DNA of 64,000 nt from Promethearchaeota archaeon (GCA_029838195.1 JALGVJ010000004.1:32001-96000); one strand, 5' to 3'; counted from the first letter of the stretch, positions 1 to 10,905 are shown. Translations and numbers: made by a program. The notes: a model not told the origin generated them from the letters alone.

Positions 1-241
1 AAGAGAACCGGCTCCAATTAAGACTATCTTTTCTTGTCTTGTCAATTTTGATTCACATATTCTTGAAATTTTATTAAATGAAAATAATTTCTACTAATTA
101 AAATTTCATGATTTTTTATTTGATTTTTTATTTTCTCCTTAACTTATAAAGAAATAACATTATAATAAGTCACCATGTAGAATTCCATCAGAATTTAAAA
201 AAGCCTAAAAATAAAAAAATAATGAGTGGTTAATTAAAATT

Positions 242-1708
242 TCAAGAAGTTGAAGCTGTTTTTCCTTTAATTCTAATAAAGAATACAAAAGCCACGATAA
301 TACAAAACGAGATAAACGGAAACATTATAATATATCGATAATCTCCCATAGAAATTAACATAGATAATATAGCTCCAAATAAGATGGGGGCAGTAGTGTA
401 TGCTGCTTGATTAAAAGTATAATAAATCCCTGTATACATTCCTTGTTTTCCCTCGGGCGCTAATTCCCACAAGAAGGCAAAGCTATTTACGATGAAGCCC
501 ATCCATGGAATGGAAATTAACATGAGCATGATAATGATGAGAAAGGGTTGATAATCATGATAAATATTTGGAACTACGATAAATGACATGACTAATAGCA
601 TGACGATCATCCAGCCAAGATAAATTTTAATTGCATTTTTCCGTCCTATTCTTTTATTTTGCCCTAATAACCCTACGAAATAAGCGCTTGCGATCATGGG
701 ACCTGAATATGCAAGAAACAAGGTGCTTGCTTGCGATTCGGCAATTTTTTTGGCTTCCGCAAGGTCTCCGGTTTGTTGAAATGCAGTTTGAAACAAGCCT
801 AGATATTCAATTGCGAAGCTGGAGAAAAAGGACTCCACGGATGCGAATGCTAAATACATGAACACCACGGTGGCTAAAAAATAAGCAAAATCACGATGCC
901 CTTTAATGATTTTTCCGGCATCTCTGTACGATTTTAATCTGCCTTTTGCGTTTTCGGTACTCCCCGCCATCTCTTCTTCTAATTCAAGGACTTTAAAGGT
1001 AGTTTTATCAATTTCTAATTTTTTATTTACAAATCCAATAAATTTATCGCCCGTGGGGGTTTCTTTAATATAAATTAATTGTAATGCCAAAAGTACTAAC
1101 ATCACTAAAGCGATGATGAGAAATCCCAAGGCGTCAATCCATTGAACAGTGATGTTTGGAATAAATCCAATGATGATGGGAATAATGAACCCTATTAAGC
1201 CCCCCATATTGGCGATGAATTGTTGGATCGCACTGGCCTTGGAATACATCTGTTCTGAAGTATAATCGGGTAAAATTGCAATGGAGGCAGAACGATAAAT
1301 AGACATGGCCAAATCAAATAAAAATACGATTAAAATTAATCCTGCTAACACCTGCATCCAAGGAATTAAAATAAAAAAGAAGGCAGAACTTATAGTTCCT
1401 ATAGCGATAAAAGGCATACGCCTGCCAAATCGACTGGTCGTTCGATCGCTCAAATCTCCAAAGACGGGTTGTAAAAGCATTGCTATGATATTATCCAGGG
1501 CCATAACGAATCCTTTTATCAAATCCTTATAGGGATTAGCTCCTAATACATCATTCAGTAATAAAGGTACTTTAAAATTAAAAAAGCTCCATGCTAAAAG
1601 CACCGTCATAAAAGAAAATGAGAAGAAAATGGTTCTTTTCACGTTTATCTCATCAGCTTTCGTGGGTTTCATGCGAGGTTCAAACGGCAAAAAATCTTTT
1701 GAACTCAT
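242..1708 (-). CDS. MFS transporter, GPH/sucrose-maltose (SLC45/MalT-like) family
   Basis: About 12 hydrophobic segments; GDLSDRTTSRFGRRMPFI is the GPH-type loop 2-3 motif. Confidence 0.85.
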   Translation of the reverse strand: MSSKDFLPFEPRMKPTKADEINVKRTIFFSFSFMTVLLAWSFFNFKVPLLLNDVLGANPYKDLIKGFVMALDNIIAMLLQPVFGDLSDRTTSRFGRRMPFIAIGTISSAFFFILIPWMQVLAGLILIVFLFDLAMSIYRSASIAILPDYTSEQMYSKASAIQQFIANMGGLIGFIIPIIIGFIPNITVQWIDALGFLIIALVMLVLLALQLIYIKETPTGDKFIGFVNKKLEIDKTTFKVLELEEEMAGSTENAKGRLKSYRDAGKIIKGHRDFAYFLATVVFMYLAFASVESFFSSFAIEYLGLFQTAFQQTGDLAEAKKIAESQASTLFLAYSGPMIASAYFVGLLGQNKRIGRKNAIKIYLGWMIVMLLVMSFIVVPNIYHDYQPFLIIIMLMLISIPWMGFIVNSFAFLWELAPEGKQGMYTGIYYTFNQAAYTTAPILFGAILSMLISMGDYRYIIMFPFISFCIIVAFVFFIRIKGKTASTS

Positions 1709-2067
1709 GGAATCATCCTTTTTTTTTATTTAAGAGTGTTTTAATTTTTATATTCATAATTCATTCAATATAAACTTAAATGATTTATATTGTTAGGAAA
1801 AAGTAAGATCTTTTTTACATTATAAAATAACTTCTTTTTCCAATTGAATTTCTAAGATAAGCCTAAATGATAAAATCTTTCCTATTTTACAAATAAATTA
1901 GAAACTTTAAAATGGAGTTGTATTTACATATCAACATTTTTAATATAATCATGTTTTTCTAAAAATATAATAAGAAAGGAGTGTGAATTTTATTCTAATA
2001 TGTATTATACATATTAAGAATAATACGCCGAATACTTGGAAAAATAAGATATTCACGAGTTTAACAC

Positions 2068-3555
2068 ATGTTTTATCAAAATAAAGTTTTGGATAAATTG
2101 AGAAGAGGCTACACGCCCACGGAATTTGGAAAACCAGCAATTACATCCATATACAATGAGGTTTTTAAACCGTTAGTGAAAAGAAGAGAATTAGAGTTCT
2201 TTATAAATTTATATGGTACAAACGAGAACGTGTTAAAAGCATGGAGCTTTTTAGGAATTTACGAAATTTTAAAAGAAAATCCCCATATCAAGGAAGATTT
2301 AAAACCGCCTCTTCAAGAAATAATAAAACAATTATTAGTGGACGAATCCTTGATCACTTATCAAGGGGGTAACACGAAAATTGAAATACCTTTAAGAGAA
2401 CATCATGTTAGCAGAATTTGTGAATTGAAAAGGGATTTAACATTCCTCCCGGTATTTGAATACGTTTCTCATTCAATAAAAAAAAAAGATGATGTTATCG
2501 GAGAATTACTCGAAAAGGTATTGTCAAAAACGGGGGATCCTCGAATTGAAGATTTAATTTTCCAATTGGCCCACAAAATAAGTGTTCATGATACAAAATT
2601 TAAATCCCATATCATTAAAGCTCTCATAAATTTACAAGAAACCACGGGAATCAATGATAAAGAACAGGTGAGACAAATCTTACTATCTTACTTGGAGAAT
2701 ATTAATGAGATTAATGAAAGCATCCTCTCTAAGTCAAATGCCTTGGACCAATCTTCAATGATTTCCCAATTAAATAAATATCGATTATTACATGAAAAGA
2801 TTTTAAAAGCTGCCGCAATTTTAGATTTAAATTTTGAACGTGAAACTCTTGAATATTTAGAAAATTTGAAATATCCCTTTCCCTCCTTGTCAGAAATTGC
2901 TGAAAAATATAAAAATAATGAAAAATTCAGAGAAATCCTTTTGAAAAAATTGGAAAGTACTTCTAACCCTAATTTGATCAAGGATCTTCTCCTCTCCATC
3001 CTCGCCTTGAAAAATATCATTCCTAATTGGAAAGAACTCGTCATGAAAAATTTAGAAAATTATCAACTTAATGATGGCGAGCTAATCGTTAAATTAGAAG
3101 AAGAGAATCTCTATGATGAAGACATGGTAACCGCCTTTCTAAAAGAGGGGGAAGAATGGCAGCTGGAATTTATAAGAGAATTTCTCCTTTATTTTCCGGA
3201 AAAATTAGATGAATGGAAAAAATTCAGAGACCAATTTGTTTTAATTTTAAAATCCCTTCCTTCTCTTGAGCAAGATTTAAAAGAGAAAGAAGAGCTCTTA
3301 AAAAAAAAAGAAATCATTTTTAAAATCTTAATTGAATTAGGTCCTAAGGACATGATCGAACCTTGCTTGGAAAATTTTAAAAATTTAAAAGATGAGCATC
3401 TAAGGAAAATGTGTCTGTTTATCATGACGAAATACGGGGAACAACCTTTACTTTTAGACTTAAAAACCTTCTTAAAAACTGATAACGATGCAAACGTGAT
3501 ATTTAAAAAATTTTGGAAAGAATTAGAACGAAGGGATGGGCAATTTTATTATTAG
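2068..3555 (+). CDS. Hypothetical alpha-helical (HEAT/ARM-like) protein
   Basis: 495-aa ORF rich in L/E/K with amphipathic helix pairs and no catalytic motifs. Confidence 0.6.
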   Translation: MFYQNKVLDKLRRGYTPTEFGKPAITSIYNEVFKPLVKRRELEFFINLYGTNENVLKAWSFLGIYEILKENPHIKEDLKPPLQEIIKQLLVDESLITYQGGNTKIEIPLREHHVSRICELKRDLTFLPVFEYVSHSIKKKDDVIGELLEKVLSKTGDPRIEDLIFQLAHKISVHDTKFKSHIIKALINLQETTGINDKEQVRQILLSYLENINEINESILSKSNALDQSSMISQLNKYRLLHEKILKAAAILDLNFERETLEYLENLKYPFPSLSEIAEKYKNNEKFREILLKKLESTSNPNLIKDLLLSILALKNIIPNWKELVMKNLENYQLNDGELIVKLEEENLYDEDMVTAFLKEGEEWQLEFIREFLLYFPEKLDEWKKFRDQFVLILKSLPSLEQDLKEKEELLKKKEIIFKILIELGPKDMIEPCLENFKNLKDEHLRKMCLFIMTKYGEQPLLLDLKTFLKTDNDANVIFKKFWKELERRDGQFYY

Positions 3556-3769
3556 AACTTCCTCATAAATATAAGGCTCCATTTAAAAATCGTCAAGAAG
3601 AACATGGTTTTTAAGCAAATAAATGAATGATCTCTAAACTTGCTCCTCCATGATAAAAAATATATGTCATCCTAAAGGTTTCTTGAAGCTAAAGTTACCT
3701 CTAATCGAAAACAAGTTGGATTTTTTCTAAAAATGAAAAAAAATATAAAATCGTTAAAAAATTTAAAAA

Positions 3770-5749
3770 TTAATCAAATTTAATATCCATTTTCTTTCTT
3801 TCCTCCAATAGAACATTTACTATGGAAGGATCTGCCAATGTTGTCGTGTTGCCAATATCGGTCCCTGAAGCAATTGCCTTGAGAATTCGCCTCATGATCT
3901 TACCGCTGCGCGTTTTTGGCAAATCATCAGCAAATTGAATCACATCAGGTTGAAATACCGGCCCGATCTCCTTGCGCACGTGTTGGATGATATCTTTTTT
4001 TAGCTCTTCTGATTTCTCTACCCCTTGAATTAATGTAACGAATGCCCAAATGGCATTTCCCTTTATTTTATGAGGAAAGGGCGCAACCGCAGCTTCCGCA
4101 ACTTTTGGATGCGAAACAATAGCAGATTCCACCTCCATTGTCCCAATTCGATGCCCCGATACTTTTATGACATCATCTAATCGCCCTAAAATCCAATAAT
4201 AGCCATCAGCATCTCTTCGCGCACCATCTCCCGTGTAATATGTACCCGGATAACGGCTTAAATACGTGGAAATAAATCGCTCCGTATCTCCCCATACATC
4301 TCTTAACATGCCAGGCCATGGTTTTTGGATACAGAGATATCCTCCTTCATTGGGTTCTGTAACTTCTTCACCTTCCATATCATAAATTACCGGTTTAATA
4401 CCAAAGAATGGAAAGCAACATGATCCTGGTTTTGTAGGGGTCGCAGTTGCTATTGGTGTCATGATAAACCCTCCGGTTTCGGTCTGCCAATACGTATCAA
4501 TAATGGGGCAACGCTCTTTACCAATTACCCTAAAATACCATGTCCACGCTTCAGGATTAATGGGTTCTCCCACAGTGCCTAAGACTTTTAAGCTACTTAG
4601 GTCATGCTTTTTTGCCGGTTCGTCTCCGTATCTCATTAATGCTCTAATGGCGGTCGGTGCGGTGTAGAAATGCGTGACTTTATGTCTTTCGACTATATCC
4701 CAGAACCTGTCTACATCAGGATAAGATGGGACGCCTTCGAACATCAAAGAGGTGGCTCCATTTGCCAATGGGCCATAAACAATATATGAATGTCCCGTTA
4801 TCCACCCAATATCAGCAGTACAAAACCAAACATCTCCTTCATGGTAATTAAAAACCACTCTATGAGTATAAGAGGTATATAATAGATATCCCGCAGTCGT
4901 GTGTTTAACTCCCTTGGGCTTGCCCGTCGTTCCCGAGGTATATAAAATAAATAACGTATCTTCGGAATCCATTTCTTCGCATTCGCATTCATCGCTCACA
5001 TCCTTGATGAGGTCATCATACCAAATATCTTTAGAAGTATGAGGAATCTCTCTTCCCGAGCGTTTTACAATTATCACGTGCTCAATTGTGGGTACATCTT
5101 CAATGATCTTTACTACATCAGCCATTTTGGGATAAAATTTACCCGCTCTTACAGTTTCATCGCTCGTAAATAATAAACGGGAGTCGGAATCATAAATTCT
5201 ATCTTTTACAGCCTCTTTAGAAAAGCCCCCAAAAACGATGGAATGGATGACACCAATTCTTGCACACGCTAGCATGATTATGGCAAGTTCGGCGATCATG
5301 GGAAGCCAGATCGTCACGCGATCTCCCTTTTTTAAACCTAATTTTTTCATTCCGTTTGCTACTTTTGATACTTCTCTTTTCAGGTCATTATACGTGAATG
5401 TTCGGACTTGTCCGGGCTCATCAGCCTCCCAAATTAATGCAATTTTATCTCCTTTTCCAGCTTCAACGTGTCTATCGATGCAATTATAGCAGACATTCAA
5501 TTTTCCTCCCATGAACCATTTTCCCGGGAAGAGATCGGTTTTTTCCCAGACTTTTTCAAAAGGCTTGAACCAACTCAAAGATTTTGCTTGTTCTCCCCAA
5601 AACCCTTCCATGTCTTCAATGCTTTTTTCATACAATTTTTTGTATTCATCCGGGGTGATTCCCGTTTTTGCAAATTCGGGGTTTATTTTAACGGGGTCAA
5701 ATATGCGGTCTTCAGTTAAGATACTTTCCATTTTTTCTTCTTTTGACAT
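3770..5749 (-). CDS. acs: Acetyl-CoA synthetase (AMP-forming)
   Basis: YTSGTTGKPKG, DTYWQTETGG, GRLDDVIKVSGHRIG and LPKTRSGKIMRR motifs. Confidence 0.97.
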   Translation of the reverse strand: MSKEEKMESILTEDRIFDPVKINPEFAKTGITPDEYKKLYEKSIEDMEGFWGEQAKSLSWFKPFEKVWEKTDLFPGKWFMGGKLNVCYNCIDRHVEAGKGDKIALIWEADEPGQVRTFTYNDLKREVSKVANGMKKLGLKKGDRVTIWLPMIAELAIIMLACARIGVIHSIVFGGFSKEAVKDRIYDSDSRLLFTSDETVRAGKFYPKMADVVKIIEDVPTIEHVIIVKRSGREIPHTSKDIWYDDLIKDVSDECECEEMDSEDTLFILYTSGTTGKPKGVKHTTAGYLLYTSYTHRVVFNYHEGDVWFCTADIGWITGHSYIVYGPLANGATSLMFEGVPSYPDVDRFWDIVERHKVTHFYTAPTAIRALMRYGDEPAKKHDLSSLKVLGTVGEPINPEAWTWYFRVIGKERCPIIDTYWQTETGGFIMTPIATATPTKPGSCCFPFFGIKPVIYDMEGEEVTEPNEGGYLCIQKPWPGMLRDVWGDTERFISTYLSRYPGTYYTGDGARRDADGYYWILGRLDDVIKVSGHRIGTMEVESAIVSHPKVAEAAVAPFPHKIKGNAIWAFVTLIQGVEKSEELKKDIIQHVRKEIGPVFQPDVIQFADDLPKTRSGKIMRRILKAIASGTDIGNTTTLADPSIVNVLLEERKKMDIKFD

Positions 5750-5802
5750 GCATTCTCACGATTTTTTTTTTTTTTTCTTTTGTATAAGATGTGCTTATCA
5801 TA

Positions 5803-5820
5803 TTGTATATAAATGGTTAA
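5803..5820 (-). promoter_or_regulatory. Putative TATA box of acs
   Basis: Minus strand reads AACCATTTATATACAA about 57 nt upstream of the acs ATG. Confidence 0.4.
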
Positions 5821-6042
5821 GTGGTACAAACACCTTAAAATTTCTTTTCTAATCAAAGGTCTTGCTTTTTCATGAGCAATTCCTCTCTTAAAAAGATTAA
5901 GAACAAATGATTTTTAAAGATTATATTTTTAAATTATTATTTCTTCAAATTTTCCATTTATACCCTCAAAATTTTAACGTATAAATATTCTAAAGGTATA
6001 AATTTTATTAGTACAAAAAATTATTCTTTTAGTGGGTTTGAG

Positions 6043-7959
6043 ATGGAACACGTGGATTTATTGGATATGGAATGGAGAAAAAAATGGAAGGATAAAGAAT
6101 TAACACCAGAAGAAGCCATACATAAAATAGCCCCGGGAAATCGAGTATTCATCCATACAGGCTGCTCAGAGCCTCAAGCATTGACAAATGAACTGATAAA
6201 ACAAGCAGAAGCCCTTTATGATATTGAAATCATTCATTTCTTAACGATTTGGCCAAAAAAATATTTTAAAGAAAATAGTTCCGAGGACCTATTTCGGCAC
6301 AATGCTCTTTTTATTGGAGACACGCTTCGAGAAGCAATTAATAAAGGAATGGCGGATTACACCCCCATTCATGCCAGCCAAATCGCAAATCTCTTCATTT
6401 CGGGAAGACGTTATATAGATGTTGCCCTCCTTCAAGTATCTCCCCCTGATCGATATGGTTTTTGTTCTTTTGGAATAAACGTCGATATTTCCAAGCCCAT
6501 TGCCCAATCCGCATACATGACTATTGCTGAAATTAATCCTCAAGTGCCACGCACGTTAGGAAATAGTTTTATCCACATGAAGGAAGTAGATTATTATGTC
6601 TATAATGATGCACCGTTATTTGAATATGTTTTTAAAGATGAGGAGCCTCCTGACGTAATAGAAAAAATAGGACGAAATGTGGCTTATTTAGTGCCTAATA
6701 AATCCACCATCCACGTGGGATTCGGAAACCTTCCTAATGCTTGTTTAAAATATTTAGAAGGTAAAAAAGATCTTGGCATGCACAGTCATTTCATTACGGA
6801 TAATATCATTCCTTTAATTGAAAAAACCGTATTAACATGTAGGAAAAAAAATTTTCACCCCGAAAAAATTATTGCGAGTTTTTGCTTGGGTAGTAAAAAA
6901 TTATATGATTTTGTCAATAACAATCCTTATATCGAATTCTATCCCTCTGATTATGTTTGCAATCCTAAATATATAAGCATGAATAAAAACATGGTTTCTA
7001 TAGTTCAAGGGCTTCAAGTAGATTTAACGGGACAAGTAAATGCGTCCAGCAAGGGATATAATTTTTATTCCGGTATAGGGGATACGGTTGATTTCATAAG
7101 AGGAGCTGCCTATTCTAAAGGAGGAAGACCTATTATCATCCTTCCATCTACTACGAATAAGGGAAAGGAGTCATCCATCGTGTCTCATTTAGATGAGGGC
7201 GCTGGCGTGGTTCTGACTCGTGCCGACGTGCATTATGTTGTCACGGAATGGGGAATAGCGTATCTCCACGGTAGAACGATACGTGATCGCGTGATTGAAT
7301 TGATTTGTATTGCCCATCCTAAATTCCGGCAGCAATTATTAGAAGAAGCGAAAGAACTAAATTATATTTATAAAGATCAAATGCTTTCTTGCGATGTGAA
7401 AGGAAATATTTGTTTGTACCCAAAACATTATGAAACTGTTTTTAAAACTAAAAATAATGTAGAAGTTTTCATTAGACCCGTGAAAACTACCGATGAGTCC
7501 TTATTACGGGAATTATATTATTCTCTGGATGAAAAAGACAGGTACTTGCGATTTTTTGAAGTTAAAAAGGAATTTCGACATTCAAGAACGCAAAAAGAAG
7601 TAAATATCGATTATGAGAACATCTTCTCTTTAGGAGCCTTTGTTGGAGATATTTCTGATCCGGAAATGATTGGAAATGCTTCTTATCACTATAATCCCAA
7701 TAATAACATGGCGGAATTTGATTTTATAGTGAAGCGGGAATGGCGAGGCATGGGGATAGGCTCTTATCTCTATCATTATTTGATCATGATTGCGAAGGAA
7801 AAAGGAATTCGTGGATTCTATGGAAATATTCACATCCAAAATAAAAGAACGGTAAATATCATCAAAAAGGGAGGCTATACAAAAATTACACCTCCGGAAT
7901 TTGGGGAAAAAGAGCTATTTTATCAAGTGTTTTTCACTAAGGAAAATTCCATGGATTAA
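6043..7959 (+). CDS. Acetyl-CoA hydrolase/4-hydroxybutyrate CoA-transferase-like domain fused to a C-terminal Pat-type GNAT acetyltransferase
   Basis: QVSPPDRYGFCSFG, VDFIRGA and VHYVVTEWGIAYL in the N-terminal part; RYLRFF, AEF and WRGMGIG in the GNAT part. Confidence 0.9.
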   Translation: MEHVDLLDMEWRKKWKDKELTPEEAIHKIAPGNRVFIHTGCSEPQALTNELIKQAEALYDIEIIHFLTIWPKKYFKENSSEDLFRHNALFIGDTLREAINKGMADYTPIHASQIANLFISGRRYIDVALLQVSPPDRYGFCSFGINVDISKPIAQSAYMTIAEINPQVPRTLGNSFIHMKEVDYYVYNDAPLFEYVFKDEEPPDVIEKIGRNVAYLVPNKSTIHVGFGNLPNACLKYLEGKKDLGMHSHFITDNIIPLIEKTVLTCRKKNFHPEKIIASFCLGSKKLYDFVNNNPYIEFYPSDYVCNPKYISMNKNMVSIVQGLQVDLTGQVNASSKGYNFYSGIGDTVDFIRGAAYSKGGRPIIILPSTTNKGKESSIVSHLDEGAGVVLTRADVHYVVTEWGIAYLHGRTIRDRVIELICIAHPKFRQQLLEEAKELNYIYKDQMLSCDVKGNICLYPKHYETVFKTKNNVEVFIRPVKTTDESLLRELYYSLDEKDRYLRFFEVKKEFRHSRTQKEVNIDYENIFSLGAFVGDISDPEMIGNASYHYNPNNNMAEFDFIVKREWRGMGIGSYLYHYLIMIAKEKGIRGFYGNIHIQNKRTVNIIKKGGYTKITPPEFGEKELFYQVFFTKENSMD

Positions 7960-8072
7960 CCCTATTTTCGAGGAGGTTTACTTATTTTAAAAAAATTAAG
8001 GTTTTATATTTTCTAACCTTTCTTTTTTTAAGGAATTTTAACGTTTACCGCACGCCAATTTTATCTTTTACC

Positions 8073-8864
8073 ATGAAATTTAAACATACGGATTTTCACG
8101 TGCATACCAAATGGAGTCATGATATTGCTAAGAACGGGCCTGATTTCAATGATTATGCAAAATTAGCTGAAGAATTGAATTTAAACGTCTGTTTTTTAGA
8201 CCACTACGAATTATATCATGTGAAGCATGATAAAACTTATCCCTTTTACGGCGGAGAAGAAATATTAAATAAGTACCTAAAAGAAGTAAGCCAGGTCAAA
8301 GAAAATCATAATAATGTGCTAAGTGGCCTTGAGGTAGATTATTATGTAGACATGGAGGAAGAAATCGGAGAGTTTTTAGATCTTCATGAAAAAGATTTTG
8401 ATTTTATCGCAGGAGCGTTCCATGAAACGGATCATTGGTTTCCTTTCACGACACGCTCCAAACTAAAGGAACTCTTGAAAAAAAAGAAGCAAGAAGATAT
8501 CATTAATGAGTTTTTAGAGATAACTCGGAAAATGATTGATTCAAATTTATTTAAAAATATCTGTCACGTGGATGGCGTTTTTAGGTATCTTAATGATAAT
8601 GATATAAAATTAGATCGCTCCATTGAAATGAATGATGAGTTTTTCATCGCCATCGGAAAAAAATGCGCTAAAAAGGGTATAAAATTAGAATTTAATCTCT
8701 CGGGAGTTCGATATCCCATACAGAGGCCTTTTCCCTCACGAGACTTGGCATTAAAACTTAAACAAGAGGGGGTTCGATTTTTTATTGGTTCTGATTCACA
8801 TTCCCTTGAACATTTCATGTATCACGCGGCGCAAATTAAAGAAATGACCGATGTTTTAAAATAA
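8073..8864 (+). CDS. PHP-family phosphatase (histidinol-phosphatase-like)
   Basis: DFHVHT, LDH, GLEVD, CHVD and GSDSH metal-binding motifs. Confidence 0.85.
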   Translation: MKFKHTDFHVHTKWSHDIAKNGPDFNDYAKLAEELNLNVCFLDHYELYHVKHDKTYPFYGGEEILNKYLKEVSQVKENHNNVLSGLEVDYYVDMEEEIGEFLDLHEKDFDFIAGAFHETDHWFPFTTRSKLKELLKKKKQEDIINEFLEITRKMIDSNLFKNICHVDGVFRYLNDNDIKLDRSIEMNDEFFIAIGKKCAKKGIKLEFNLSGVRYPIQRPFPSRDLALKLKQEGVRFFIGSDSHSLEHFMYHAAQIKEMTDVLK

Positions 8865-8904
8865 AATGTAATGAATCTCAAATCTCGAAGCATTACCCAT
8901 ACCC

Positions 8905-9606
8905 ATGAAAAATATTAAAAGAATAATCGATTGGGATAAGAAAATGATGGTTAAATTTAACGGAAAAGGAGGTACGCTTGGAATCTACATGTTCAAGTTC
9001 TTTTCCTTTTTCGGGAGAGAAACAATATGGTTTCTAACCATCGCATTTTTCATTTTTGTGTGGTATGACCCTCGTATCTTCTTGCATGTTGGCTCTTCTT
9101 TTTTAAATGGGTTATTTTTAGTACTCCCTATCAAGCGCTACGTTAATAGAGCCCGTCCTTTCGAAGAAAATCCGGCCATCAAGATACTTGAAATCCGCCC
9201 TACTTCTAGAAGCTTCCCCTCGTGGCATGCGTATAACGTATTCTCGCAAGGATTAACGCTGGGGTATTTAATAAATTCTCCACTTTTAGCAAGTTTGTTC
9301 TTATTGGGTGCTTTCATAGTGTCTTTTTCTCGAATAGTTTTAGGTGCTCATTATCCTTCAGATGTCATTACCGGAGCCCTATTAGGGTTTATTGGATTCT
9401 TCTTGACAATATATTTTTTCGCTCCCTTGTTTTCACGATTAATTAATGTAGTAGAATCAATGTTTCCTCATGAAATACAAAAACAGCAATTAAACTCCCG
9501 GATATTTAATAATCCGTTCTATTCATTCTCGTGCATCCTTATATTCTCTGTCATTATCTTATCATATTTTAACAAGAAAATCATGAACAAGCTATTTAAA
9601 AGATAA
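8905..9606 (+). CDS. PAP2-family membrane phosphatase
   Basis: KRYVNRARP, SFPSWH and SRIVLGAHYPSDV motifs. Confidence 0.9.
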   Translation: MKNIKRIIDWDKKMMVKFNGKGGTLGIYMFKFFSFFGRETIWFLTIAFFIFVWYDPRIFLHVGSSFLNGLFLVLPIKRYVNRARPFEENPAIKILEIRPTSRSFPSWHAYNVFSQGLTLGYLINSPLLASLFLLGAFIVSFSRIVLGAHYPSDVITGALLGFIGFFLTIYFFAPLFSRLINVVESMFPHEIQKQQLNSRIFNNPFYSFSCILIFSVIILSYFNKKIMNKLFKR

Positions 9607-9672
9607 TAAAGATTGTCGATCTCTAACGATTTTACCTCAGGAAAAATGAAAGTTAATAAATTGAGACCTCAA

Positions 9673-10905
9673 TCAGAGATTTAATTTCCTTTTCTTCTCA
9701 AATAAGTCTTTTAGCTCGTTTAATACTTGTGCACGAACATTTTCTTCTCTCTTCTCTTCAGAAATTTTTGGAGCTTCAATTTCTAAGGGCATGTCTTTAA
9801 TGGCCAAGGTAGAGATTGCTCCACTTTCAATTGCTTTGAGCCGATGTTCTAGCATTTCCAATTGATTTGAGAGGCTCTCTGATAATTTAATTATCATATT
9901 AATTGTTTGCTCTAAAATTTTCCCAAGACCATCAATTTTCCTCGTGAGCGGATCTGACAAGGAATAATTCACATTCAGGACTTCCTTTATCATTTTTGAA
10001 AAAGAAGGCTCGATAAAGATGAGAGAATAAATTGAGGTACAATACACTTCGTGATTAAAACTCCTCCCTTCCTTGTTTAATACCTCTGATAAACGTTCTT
10101 TTAAAAATTCTATGTTCAATAAAATCTCGGGGCTTGCTTTTATTTCGGGGTCATATTTATGGATGAAAATCAGAATGTACGGGTTCTCTTCCAGCATTGT
10201 CAAAACGTTCAAAACTTCCTCCAAATATTTAATCGATTCCTCAAATTTCTCCGAATCTTGGACGTCAATCACGTACACCAATAAATCAATATCCATGAAA
10301 TAGAGCTCCGGGTCTTTAAGATATCCCTCCCGATACTGTCGCTGACCCCCCATATCCCATATAATGAGCTCAAGATTTTCCGTTTTTATTTTTTTCCTTT
10401 CTACACCCTTAGTAGGTTTTAAGGATGCTAAATCTGCGATGCCCAATTTGCCCCCTAATTTTGATATAATTGCCGTTTTTCCTGCTTCACATAAGCCTGC
10501 GATGAGGATTTTTTGCTTCTTGGTTTCCATACTTTGAGGCTCTTTTTCTATTTCCACTAAAAGGGAGCTGATAGTTATGGCTTTTTTTATATTAAATTCA
10601 AGAGCGTGGTTTGTTTCCCTCAATAACGCGATTTTTTCTTTCAAGTTTGATTTTTTTTTAGAACTTAACTTCGGATTTGAATACAATTCACTAAAGGGAT
10701 TATTCTTATTCAACCGGGATGCTTCTCCAATGGTGGATACTTTTAATACCTCCTTCATTACTTTTACTTCATTATTTCCTAAAAACTTGAATGAATCAAT
10801 GGGGAACTCTAAAATTTCCTTGATCGAGTTAATATCTTTTTTTAAATAAGAAGGATCGATGAATTTTAAAAATATTTTCATCCCTCTTTGGACTTCGAGA
10901 CTCAT
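9673..10905 (-). CDS. Rag/Arf-like small GTPase with N-terminal HhH-like domain and C-terminal helical extension
   Basis: G1 GLCEAGKT, G2 PTKG, G3 WDMGGQ, G4 HKYD, G5 TSI; start placed at ATG 10905 (10881 is an alternative). Confidence 0.85.
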   Translation of the reverse strand: MSLEVQRGMKIFLKFIDPSYLKKDINSIKEILEFPIDSFKFLGNNEVKVMKEVLKVSTIGEASRLNKNNPFSELYSNPKLSSKKKSNLKEKIALLRETNHALEFNIKKAITISSLLVEIEKEPQSMETKKQKILIAGLCEAGKTAIISKLGGKLGIADLASLKPTKGVERKKIKTENLELIIWDMGGQRQYREGYLKDPELYFMDIDLLVYVIDVQDSEKFEESIKYLEEVLNVLTMLEENPYILIFIHKYDPEIKASPEILLNIEFLKERLSEVLNKEGRSFNHEVYCTSIYSLIFIEPSFSKMIKEVLNVNYSLSDPLTRKIDGLGKILEQTINMIIKLSESLSNQLEMLEHRLKAIESGAISTLAIKDMPLEIEAPKISEEKREENVRAQVLNELKDLFEKKRKLNL

